DNA of 62,972 bases, filler included, from Octopus bimaculoides (lineage: Eukaryota), in NCBI RefSeq assembly GCF_001194135.2. It is 4 parts of 4 records of this genome, joined end to end, with 100 filler letters (N's around TTAATTAATTAA, not from the genome) between each part and the next. Parts side by side here need not be neighbours in the genome. Positions count along the whole stretch, not along the records: positions 42,329 to 52,215 come from NC_068997.1; positions 52,316 to 62,972 come from NC_068982.1; 2 more parts are not named here. One strand, 5' to 3'. Below, piece after piece: positions 51,534-62,972 of the stretch. The position numbers and the translations under genes are program-made. The notes under the pieces were generated by a model. The model made no database searches. It was not told where the DNA came from and saw only the letters and a program-made list of their open reading frames with translations. How positions within the stretch are numbered: the stretch's first letter is position 1; the number at the start of each line of letters is the position of its first letter.

Positions 51534-52002
51534 AATGAAAAGAAGAAGACAAAGAAAATTCTTTAACACATCTTTAATTATACGTTACAAATGTGTCCGT
51601 ACTATGTCCATTTACAATGCCAGTTTATGCTAAAATTCTAAATGAAAAAATCCTGTAATATTTGCAGTTTTAGGCATTGGAGAGGCACTTCCTCAGACTT
51701 GCATCAAAGGCGTGCTATTACATTGTGCGTCTGTCTGACCTTGGTGTTAGCAAAACATCGGGAAGCAACAAAAAATAAAAAGAGAAAAAATTGAAAGTGG
51801 GTGTGCGAGATGATTATGTAGAGAGATATTATGTGGTGGTGGTGGGAATCAAGAGGGTGGATATGCATAATGATAGGAGGAGGGAGGAAAAATGAATAGA
51901 AGATGAAAGTGTAGTAGGAGGATATACATATATATATATCTGTATATATGTGTGTGTATGTATGTGTGTGTGTGTATATGTGTGTATGTATATCTGTATA
52001 TA

Positions 52003-52123
52003 TGTTGAAGAGCATAGGCTCGAAACGTTAAAGACTTTCTCTATTCCTGAGCATTATACTAATACATCCATTTGTTGTTTACACCACCTGTTTTCGTCTG
52101 TTGTTTTTTCGTAAATTTTCCCC
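52003..52123 (+). mobile_element. Second copy of the 23.9-24.0 kb hammerhead-bearing repeat, 5'-truncated in the core
   Basis: TGTTGA-A-GAGC ATAG GCTC-GAAA-CGTT-AAAGA, followed by the same tail (atactaatacatcc...tttacaccacctg...cgtctgttg). A third remnant is at 1961-2051. Confidence 0.75.
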
Positions 52124-52172
52124 TATCATCATCATCATCATCATCATCGTTTAACGTCCACCTTTCATGCTA

Positions 52173-52215
<43 letters not shown>

Positions 52216-52315
52216 NNNNNNNNNNNNNNNNNNNNNNNNNNNNNNNNNNNNNNNNNNNNTTAATTAATTAANNNNNNNNNNNNNNNNNNNNNNNNNNNNN
52301 NNNNNNNNNNNNNNN
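52216..52315. other. Artificial 100-bp scaffold linker
   Basis: 44 N + TTAATTAATTAA (52260-71) + 44 N. Confidence 0.95.
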
Positions 52316-53166
52316 TTATACATGTATATATATATTAATTCCAAGAAAGTTAGAGGTTGTGAATCCAACCAACTAAGGGATATCCCAATTTCTCTTGCTA
52401 TATGTTGTATATTTTAATAATTACTGATATTTTTAATATTTTATATATTATATATGTAAAGCATAATATGTTATACATGTATATATATATTATTATAATT
52501 GTCCTGTTAGTAAATAAATAAATTGACATAATATCATGTCTAAAAGTTGATGAATACCACCTATTGATCCCCTCCATTTTATTATTGCTATATATATATA
52601 GTGTGAAAATGGGTTACCCCTTGCCCCTTCGGTCCTGAATGACCATGGCATTGCACCTAGAAAGTTACCAACCGAGGCACAAGTCCCGGCATGGTTGTTT
52701 TTATGGAAGACCAGCGGTCGCCCATGCGTACCAGCTTCTCCTCTCCATGCCACCGATGTTATCCAAGGAAAAGGCAAAGATCGATACAGCTTGGCACCTG
52801 TGACGTCGCAACTCATTTCTACAGCTGAGGGAACTAGATCAACGTGAAATAAAGTGTCTTGCTCAAGAACACAACACGCTGCTCAGTCCGGGAATCGACC
52901 TCACAACCTCATGATATATATTTTTATATATCTTCTTTAATTCTTTTACTTGTTTCAGTCATTTGACTGTGGCCTTGCTAGGGCACCGTCTTGGAGGGTT
53001 TTAGTCGAACAGATCGACTCCAGGACTGTTTTAACCCTAGTATTCATTTACTTATTCTAACGGTCACCCTTTGCCTAACCGCTAAGTTATGGGGACGTAA
53101 ACACATCAACACCGGTTGGGACAAGCAGTGACAAAATGACACACACACACATAGATATATACATAT

Positions 53167-53262
<96 letters not shown>

Positions 53263-53273
53263 ACACACACACA

Positions 53274-54522
53274 CAGGGTCTTGTAGATAGATTGAGATCA
53301 ATTTTAAGCAGTTGACTTCGTGGATTTAACAGTTCATTTTTGACAATGTTTACTTGCTGGAAAATCTGTTCCACCCCTTTATTTTTCATATAAATAACGA
53401 ACTGATTCAACAACACAAAGTCATGGAGCAACAGAATCGTTCTACCATTGTTGTTTTGGCGCGTGCCGGGTACACTGCCAATAAGGTTGTTAAGTTGACG
53501 AAACTTCCAAAAGCAGTAGTTTATCGTGTGTATAAACAATTTAAAGAAAATGGAAATATTGATAGAAAAGAACACAAAACTCAAAGTGATTCCAAGCGCA
53601 ATCCAAAGTTTCTCGCTGCCCTCAAACGCTCGATTGAAGCCAACCCATTCATATACATGACAACTCTTGCAAAGAAAAGCAATGGGTCCTTTTCCACGGC
53701 GTCCAGAGCTGTGTACTGGAACTTTGGCAAGACTAGCTCTGTTCGACGACGCTTTCACCTCCTAACAGCAAAGGCCAGAGCAATCAGAGCTGAGAGATAC
53801 CCAAAGCTTCTGTCATTCATCAAGCATCATGGTGCAAGAAAATCTCTCCTGTTTGTAGACAAGAAGTTCACTGTGGACTCTGAGGTGAATCGCAGAAATT
53901 CTCAAGTGACTGCATACAACCATTCTGACGTCCCTCTGTGTGTGAGACTAAGAATCCTGCCTTTGTGATGGTATTTGGAGCTGTGGCAAATGATGTGTCA
54001 TGAATCCACACTTCATTGAGTCTGGCTTGAATATTGACACAAAGGAGTATCTGAACATCCTGAAGAACTCTCTGTTACCTTGGATGGAGATGAAGTTTGG
54101 GCTTATCAAGAATTCTGCACCATACCGTGGGTCAAAAGTAACACACGCCTTCCTTGGTGAGAAGGTGCTATTTTTTTGTGAGGGACATCTGGCCTATTAA
54201 TAGCCCAAATCTCAACCTTCTGGATTACTTTTTATGGGGTATACTTCAATGCTTCACCACACTCGAGTGTCAACAGTTTGAAGACTTGCATCGTGCTTGC
54301 GACACTGAAAATCAAAAAGGTGGAGATTGCGGCAGCTGCCAAAATATTTCATTCTGTGTGGAGGCAGCAATTGCCCAAAGGTGATAAATGAGTGATAAAT
54401 GTTTTGCTGTAATAAATTAATAAACGTTACATTAAAATTATGTCTGTCTGCTACCATTATTCTAGTATATATAACCAGTTTTATGCGTCGTAAAAATTGT
54501 CTTAATTTATCGTTAAGAGTCT
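53274..54522 (+). mobile_element. Tc1/mariner transposon, DD37D (maT)-like, copy 2
   Basis: Same family in the opposite orientation. ATG at 53423 (MEQQNRSTIV...FVDKKFTVDSEVNRRN...WPINSPNLNLLDYF); frameshifted; degenerate TIRs at both ends. Confidence 0.88.
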
Positions 54523-54663
54523 ATATATATATAACTTAGCGATTCGACAAAAGAGACCGATAGAATAAGTACTAGGCTTCCAAAGAATAAGTCCTGGGGT
54601 CGATTTGCTCGACTAAAGGCGGTGCTCCAGCATGGCCGCAGTCAAATGACTGAAACAAGTAAT

Positions 54664-54733
<70 letters not shown>

Positions 54734-54747
54734 AGCTATGAGAGATA

Positions 54748-55090
54748 ATGGTGTCAGTAAGACCCAAAGGTGTCAGCTAACGCTGAGTAGGTGCTATGGA
54801 TAGACCATAGTTAAGCTCCAAGTTCGGTGATTATGCGAATAAGGAGTCTAACGTAGGTCATATATCAGCGTGTGTATATATAAAAATTTTTTTTTGAGAA
54901 TGAGATAAAAAAAACTAAGGCGGTAGAGATTTTAGAACATTCATAAATTGAATGTCTTACACTTGTTTCCAGGATATTTATCTATTATATCCCTTCATCG
55001 GAGACGGTGTGAGAAAATGGTTAAGCAATAGTTAATTTAGATAAGATACAAACTAGAGAGTGAAGTGGAGGAATGAAAATAGATGTGAGA
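54748..55090 (-). mobile_element. Dispersed repeat family B, copy 2 (hammerhead-like fold at 54954-55005)
   Basis: Aligns to 6899-7245. Same core and stems, with a longer stem-II loop. Confidence 0.75.
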
Positions 55091-55669
55091 TATCCAGGGA
55101 TATTGCATTTGTAAATCCATTATTTAGAAATGATGACATTTTTAGAAATGATGACATTTGCGAGATTTTTTGTGTTTTAGTTATAGGGATAAGATTTTTA
55201 AACCCCAGGTAAGATTAATTTAATCATTAGTTAAGAGTGGGTTTGAATTTCTTAATAAAGTCCTTTTCTTTGCGTTTTCTCTCAATTTCATTCAGGTTGT
55301 AAAGTTTATGGAATGGAAATATCATAAACGTTTTTCGACCACATGTTACCAGATGATCACTCAGTGGTATTTGGCAGACCTTTGGGTTTTTAATCTGTTG
55401 TCGATGCATACGTGAGCGTTTTTTTTTTTTTTGTCGAAGGCTTATATGTCCCTTTATTAGACTATTTTCTTTAGTCATTGCACGGTGATCGCCATAAGCT
55501 TCAAGCTTATATAAAAATACCATTATTATTATTTATAGGATTTTATACTCCGCGCCGTATAAAAAGACCCATTTGCAACGAAAGCACACACACACACACA
55601 CACACACATATAAGCACTTATATACATACATATATACATACATATATGTATGTAATCAACAGGGGAATT

Positions 55670-55719
<50 letters not shown>

Positions 55720-56099
55720 TGTGTGTTACAACCTACAGAACAACACCTACATCCGCTGATTGTTCACTCTACTAGAACTTCTTAAAATACCTACTGGAAG
55801 TCACAGCCTATCATTTTGAAAAAAAAGAGACGTTGAACAATGTAAAACAGTGTGCAATATACCCAGAAGGAAGTTATAGCCGTTATAGCTGGAATGGTTT
55901 TGATCAGAAGTCTGTAGAGTCGGAATTGAACCGCGGCTAAACAGCAACAACAATAAAAAAAGACACATTGTATTTTGTACAAGTGACATCCTCGAGACCA
56001 TCATCACGACCACAGCAACAACAACAACGCTATTACCTTCACGACCACTTCAAATCTACCTCTTGTCTACTGCAAATCTCAGAGATATCGTTAGTACCA

Positions 56100-56295
56100 G
56101 TAGCAGCAGCACCACCAACACCACCATCCCCACCACCACCATCCCTACCATCCCCACCACTACCACCACCACCACCACCANNNNNNNNNNNNNNNNNNNN
56201 NNNNNNNNNNNNNNNNNNNNNNNNNNNNNNNNNNNNNNNNNNNNNNNNNNNNNNNNNNNNNNNNNNNNNNNCCACCACCGAAAACCACCACCACC

Positions 56296-56353
<58 letters not shown>

Positions 56354-56821
56354 ATAATAATAATAATAATAATAATAATGCCACTGCTGCTGCCGCCGCC
56401 GCCGCCATAGCTATTGTATCAATGTCATCATAAAGACACTAGTATGATCACCACGACGCGATGAATATCTCTATCAGTATTGCTTCCGAAGGATGCCTGC
56501 CAGCAACACCGCCTCTAGCGACCGCACCACCACCACCACCACCACCAACAACAACAACAATGGTACCCTCATGACAAAACATTCCGCTGCTAACATTGTT
56601 AAGTAACATTATAAGAACACTATCACATCTACTGTACCATTACCATCAACCACTACCACTACCGCCACCGCCATCACCACTAACATCACTAGAACAAAAC
56701 AGCAACCACAACAGCAGCAATACTAACCCAGCCTGCACAACACAAAATCATACTGGCAACGTCTCAACTCAACAAGATATAAATACACACACACACACAC
56801 ACACATATATATGTATGTATG

Positions 56822-56852
<31 letters not shown>

Positions 56853-57900
56853 NNNNNNNNNNNNNNNNNNNNNNNNNNNNNNNNNNNNNNNNNNNNNNNN
56901 NNNNNNNNNNNNNNNNNNNNNNNNNNNNNNNNNNNNNNNNNNNNNNNNNNNNNNNNNNNNNNNNNNNNNNNNNNNNNNNNNNNNNNNNNNNNNNNNNNNN
57001 NNNNNNNNNNNNNNNNNNNNNNNNNNNNNNNNNNNNNNNNNNNNNNNNNNNNNNNNNNNNNNNNNNNNNNNNNNNNNNNNNNNNNNNNNNNNNNNNNNNN
57101 NNNNNNNNNNNNNNNNNNNNNNNNNNNNNNNNNNNNNNNNNNNNNNNNNNNNNNNNNNNNNNNNNNNNNNNNNNNNNNNNNNNNNNNNNNNNNNNNNNNN
57201 NNNNNNNNNNNNNNNNNNNNNNNNNNNNNNNNNNNNNNNNNNNNNNNNNNNNNNNNNNNNNNNNNNNNNNNNNNNNNNNNNNNNNNNNNNNNNNNNNNNN
57301 NNNNNNNNNNNNNNNNNNNNNNCTATTGTCTCCATCGTCACCATCACTAAAACGAAAGCCCTTTTTATATCTTCACACCATGCAACTGTCTAATACACCA
57401 CCACCACCACCATCACCACCGCCGCCACCACCACCACCACTATTACAATCACCGTGACCTTCAAGACAGCCATAATGACAACGATGACGACGACGACCAT
57501 AGCTACCACCACCACAGCGACCATCACCAATAACACCACCGCCACCATATCCCCCAGGAAGAGCAACACCATCACCACCACTAACACCACAACTACAATG
57601 TCGACAACCACAATGCCTATGACGACGGCAGTGATGCCCCCCTTCTGACTAATTCAATGACTATCACCATTACGACCAATAACACCACCACTACCACAAT
57701 AGCGATGACGGCAAACGCCATGCCCCGCCACCACGACCGTTATCACACCTACTAGCAATAAGCGTATTAAGACCGCATACATCGCCAACATTAATACCAT
57801 CAACACCACAACAATAACGACAACTATCTTCGAACCAACCCATCCGCCATCCCCAATAAAAATGAAATAAAATATAATGAAGTAAAATAAAATATTGTAA
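56100..57900. repeat. Compound triplet-repeat region ((ACC),(ACT),(AAT),(GCC),(AAC)) with gaps
   Basis: Direct. Confidence 0.9.
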
Positions 57901-58036
57901 AAACTAATAAAATAAACAACCAATAAAAGATGGCGTCAGATTTTCGAATCGATCGCGTCAAATGTATAGACGACATTGTTGGAAGTGAATAACTGGGTTT
58001 AACAAGCTGTAATCTGATGTGGGCCAGAATGGCGAA

Positions 58037-58103
<67 letters not shown>

Positions 58104-58694
58104 NNNNNNNNNNNNNNNNNNNNNNNNNNNNNNNNNNNNNNNNNNNNNNNNNNNNNNNNNNNNNNNNNNNNNNNNNNNNNNNNNNNNNNNNNNNNNNNNN
58201 NNNNNNNNNNNNNNNNNNNNNNNNNNNNNNNNNNNNNNNNNNNNNNNNNNNNNNNNNNNNNNNNNNNNNNNNNNNNNNNNNNNNNNNNNNNNNNNNNNNN
58301 NNNNNNNNNNNTATATATACATACGTATATATATACATATGTATACGTGTGTATATTGTATATATATATATATATATATATATGCATGTATGAATGTATG
58401 TACGTTATCGAAAACTTGAAAACATTGAAATACGAGTATAAACAGCCACACACGTGACTATACTTATGTACATGGATACATACTTACGTATATGTATTTT
58501 TATATATATGAGTGCATATGTATGTGTGTGTTTATGTATGTGTGTAAGTGAGTGTGCGTATGTGTTGTGAATTTCGCCTAGACACGTAGTTTTGTGATAT
58601 TTCGCGCTTGTACGTGTGTGTGCGCGCGTGTGCGTGTATGATTATGTATGTTCTGGGTATGGCTTTAAAATACATCCTGTAATGCTGTCCTGGT

Positions 58695-59686
58695 TTTGGA
58701 GTCCCAGGGTTGTGAGGAATGTGGAACCAGCTCTTAATTTTTGTTGTTCCCAGGTCTAGTCTGTCCCAGATTAGCAGCACTTATTAGCGCCCCACCTAAA
58801 GGTTAACTAGTATATGAACCCCTGGGAGAGAAGGATCCTAGTTCTCGTTAGAACTTTCTTCTAGGAGAAGGTAAACTCGTATACTGAAAGAAACCTGAAG
58901 AGCAGTTGGTTTCTGGTAGTCTCAATCTCTGTTGGCTCACTGGTCTTATAGCTGACAGCACTGAAAAGTGGGTTTGGCCCAGTGCAACACCTTATCTACG
59001 CGAAACCAATTCACAACAGGAACTTCTTGGACACTCGAAACATTTGCAAGGACTTACTGAGTTTAGGAAGTGGTCTTATTCGGCCACGTGTTGATTTCCG
59101 TCATGTATGTATATGCAATCCCTTGTATCTATGTAAAATATACTGTCTGTAAATGGCATATTTATGCATGTGTTTATGTGTGAGCAAGTCCCATGATCTA
59201 TTTGTCAGTGTATATATAGCTTTATGTTGTTGGTCTTATGAGATTAATATATTACTTCGTGTGACGACAATACATGGTTAAAGAACCAGGCAATACTGTG
59301 AGATCTAACTGCCATTTTGTTGTTGCTTTTTAATAAACCCACTGGCCTTTAGCGAGGCCAATACCTAATTGGCTCTGTATCTCTATGTATATCCGTAGCG
59401 CAGCAGTTACTGCTTTTTTATAGAAGCCAGAAATCTACCATTGACAAGGCCAAAAGAGGCGATCTGGTAGTCTTGTCAGCGGATGTAGCAGTGAGTGTCT
59501 GCCGCTGGTGATAGCTATTATGTGCTTTTATGTACCGAAAAACCATATAAGATTATTTATCACTTGCTAAATATTCCAGTATTTGTGTATTCCAACACAA
59601 CATCCACTTTTAAGTGGTGAATATTTTACCTTCTGGTATTAATACTACTTCTGTCACCTTCTCTCTCTCTCTCTCTCACACACACT

Positions 59687-59745
<59 letters not shown>

Positions 59746-60760
59746 NNNNNNNNNNNNNNNNNNNNNNNNNNNNNNNNNNNNNNNNNNNNNNNNNNNNNNN
59801 NNNNNNNNNNNNNNNNNNNNNNNNNNNNNNNNNNNNNNNNNNNNNNNNNNNNNNNNNNNNNNNNNNNNNNNNNNNNNNNNNNTATATATATGCATGTATG
59901 TATGTATATACATATATATACATATATATATATGCATAAAAGGGGCAACACCCTGAAACTAGTCTGCAGATGCCAAACCAGCAAGGGGAAACTGCTGACC
60001 TCCCCTGTTCGAAGGTTATAAAGGACACAGGTTTCGTGTGTCACATAGCTAGCTAGAGGCGATGGCTTCTTGGAGCTAATTCACGGCAGCTTTCGTCCTA
60101 ATTTTGGGACTGCCATGTTGGCTTGGCGATAACTATTAATTTCCAGTACCGCTGCCGTAGTCTCCTTTAGAGAGACTTAGAAATATTAATAACTCTATAT
60201 ATACATATATTTCTTTATATTATGTATGCATGTATGTGTGTCTGTGAGTATGTATGTGTGTATATATATGTGTGTGTGTGCGTGTGTGTGTGCATGTATG
60301 TATATACATACATATGAGTACATTCGTATACACACATGCACAAACACACATATAGACAGATAGATAAATAGATAGATATACATATAGGTATGTATGTCCT
60401 GGACATGACTTTAAACGGGAGTTCCGGGGTTTTGAGGAGTGTGAAACCAGTTATTAATTACTATTGTTCCGGGTTTAGTCTGCCCCAGAGTAGCAACACC
60501 TGTTAGGGTCCCATCTAAGGGCTAATTAGCACGTAAACCACTGAGAGTGAAGCATCCTTGTTCTCGTTAGAGCTTACTTTTAGAAGGAAAACTTATAAAA
60601 AAAAATAACTGAAGTAAAGTTGGTTTCTGATCGTCTCAGCTTCTATTGGATCACTGATTTTATAGCTGATTGCGCTGAAAAGGGGGTTTAGTGCTGTACA
60701 AGACTTTACCCTTTCAAAACAAATTCACGGATAGGAACTTCTGGAACTCTGTTACTGAGG
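58695..60760 (+). repeat. Diverged about 350-bp direct repeat pair (58695-59050 and 60415-60760)
   Basis: Shared blocks gagt.cc.ggg.t.tgagga.tgtg.aaccag, ttagca.cac.t.ttag, ttctcgttaga, gttggtttctg, ttatagctga, aattcac....ggaacttct. Confidence 0.75.
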
Positions 60761-61849
60761 AGCCAACAACAGCGCGAAATCGCGTCGCCTGGCAGTTTAG
60801 GGGGCCGTAACAGACGGTTCTGATCTGTCAACGGTATAAATACGATTGCTTTTATAAACCGCGGTTCCATATGAGTATTCCTGTCAGTGTAAATAACGCA
60901 GTATTCAAACACAAATCCAATTTAAGCTGGAGATACAGATTAGTAATAATACTGCTTCTACCTCAATTAGTTATGTGTGCGTGTATGTGCATGTGTGAGT
61001 GTGTGTATGTATGTGTACAAGCAAGTAATAATGGGTAGCTCAAAACATCAACATACGCGCTTCAACAACGTAGTTATTTAAAAATCATAAATTACATATT
61101 GCATAATTCTGAATATCGCTTAACCTTGCCATTTCGTCAGGTGACACACAGCCTTCCAATGGTGAAATCCTGTTATACATAGTAGTTGAATAATTAAGTA
61201 TATTTACATTTTCTTTGGGATTAACCTTTTATCCTCATATACGTGGAGGTGCTTCTAGATCTATTTGCTAAAATCTTTTTGATTACTATTGCATTTCACC
61301 ATTGCATTATCATATGTGCATTTTAGTATAAGTATGACAATGTGTTTGTACCCATACGCCTTGATAATCGGTGGTTGCCATTTCAAGCTTTCGTAACTTA
61401 GTTGTTCGGTTGTATATGCACAAGGCATTAAAAGAGTAATTGGGGCGAATTGTTCCAACAAAACCCTTCAAAGTGGTGCCCCAGTATGGTCACACTGTAA
61501 CGATTGAAATAAGAGAATTAATAAAAGAAAATGTTCCCTCAGACAATGTGGTAAATACTTTACTCTTTGAGATTCTTTTATCTTTTACATGTTTCAGTCA
61601 TTTGACTGCGGCCATGCTGGAGCACCGCTTTGAAAGGATTTTAGTCAAATGAATGTGCCCGAGCACTTATTTCTTTTTGAAGCCTGGTACTCATTCTATC
61701 GGTCTCTCATTGACGAACCGGTAAGTTACGAGGACGTAAACACACCAANNNNNNNNNNGTACTCATTCTATCGGTCTCTCATTGACGAACCGGTAAGTTA
61801 CGAGGACGTAAACACACCAACACCGGTTGTCAAGCGGTGAGGGGGACAA

Positions 61850-61888
<39 letters not shown>

Positions 61889-62649
61889 CGGCTGGCTTAT
61901 TTCAGTGCCTGTTGATGTTGTTGGGAGCTTCCTACCATTTGTGTAATTAAAATAACGTGCCTTATTGCAACCCTTTTCAGGAAGTCTGTTGATGATGAAG
62001 GTCTCTAACAAAATTTATGAAAGCAGAAGTTCTTTTTAGAAAAGAGTTCACGCAGACAATTATTTTCTACAAAGGTTATAATACAAGACCACAAATATAG
62101 ATGGAATAACCGGTAGAAGTTTCCTTTCATTAGCTATATAATCTTAGGAATAAGCAGTTTCGACGTTGAAGATAGTACTGATTAACCTTAGCTTACGCCA
62201 TGGACGCAGGAATATTCGTAAGAATTAATATGGTGAGGAAGAGATAAGGACGAAGTGAAGAAATATACTTATATATTTCGCATGGGCGAGAGATGAGACA
62301 CACAGATAAAACATAATTGTGAAATGATAGGTACGAAATGGTTGGAAGCAGATACCAAAAGAAATGGACAGCACAGACATGAAGAGTAGGGGGAAGACCG
62401 TGGAGGTTATGACAAGAAAAAAAGGGGGAATAGCTAATAATAACAGGGGGAAGTAACTCTTTACGAATAGAAAACTACAAAATGAAGCGAACCAAATTGT
62501 GTATAGGACACGAGAATAAAATGAAAATGTCAAAATGTCTTTTCCGAGAGGAAACAGAAGAGCTTAGCGGTGGAGAATGAATATAAACAAGACAGAAAAT
62601 TGTACTGATTGGGAAATAGCTATCAGAACGAAAGTAAGGAGTGAGAGAG

Positions 62650-62651
62650 GG

Positions 62652-62725
<74 letters not shown>

Positions 62726-62756
62726 GCAGACAGAGAGACAGACAGACAGACTGACT

Positions 62757-62790
<34 letters not shown>

Positions 62791-62832
62791 CAGACAGGCA
62801 GACAGACAGACTGACTGATAGATAGATAGATA
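62650..62832. repeat. (AGAT)/(AGAC) tetranucleotide microsatellite
   Basis: Direct. Confidence 0.95.
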
Positions 62833-62972
62833 CATTTCTTTTATTAGCCATACAGGGCTCAACATAGAGGGGACAAAATACAAATGTAGAGTTTTTCTTT
62901 TCGATGGGGACGAAAATGAAGTAAAAAATTCAAATGGGGATAACGATGAAAAGGCATCGAGAAAACGTTTGC

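Noticed and set aside
53354-54384. Active transposase gene
   Set aside because: Split over several frames, with the first catalytic Asp region altered and a deletion near the second; both copies are dead.
3141-62883. Dozens of ORFs made of CV/HT/IY/RE/SL dipeptides, poly-L/Y/I/M/V, or X runs
   Set aside because: They are translations of microsatellites and N gaps, with no splice context or domain content.

Overview
AT-rich, microsatellite-saturated, gapped animal genomic DNA. The SINE repertoire and (CA)/(TA)/(GA)/triplet density point to an octopus; this is inferred from repeat style, not from a database match. The only host gene I can support is an ADAMTS6/10-like metalloprotease on the + strand. 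Two prodomain exons are visible (37769-38172, 39621-39771); its first exon and catalytic exons are not identifiable here. The rest is mobile DNA: at least five tRNA-derived or LINE-tailed SINE families, RTE, Tx1/L1 and CR1-like LINE fragments, Penelope-like fragments, two DD37D/maT-type mariner copies, a piggyBac-type MITE, and a nested Ty3/Gypsy complex at 30.5-36.7 kb. Best leads: (1) three distinct repeat families carrying minimal hammerhead-ribozyme-like folds, one directly downstream of a tRNA-like Pol III head inside a Penelope tail; (2) a Gypsy element whose two LTRs are each interrupted at essentially the same position by different poly-A-signal-ended inserts, suggesting Tx1 target specificity and a passenger with an unknown ORF; (3) a solo LTR with a perfect 4-bp TSD inside that element; (4) a CpG-decayed domain at about 28-51 kb bracketed by artificial scaffold linkers. 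Most ORFs in the supplied track are microsatellite or gap artefacts.
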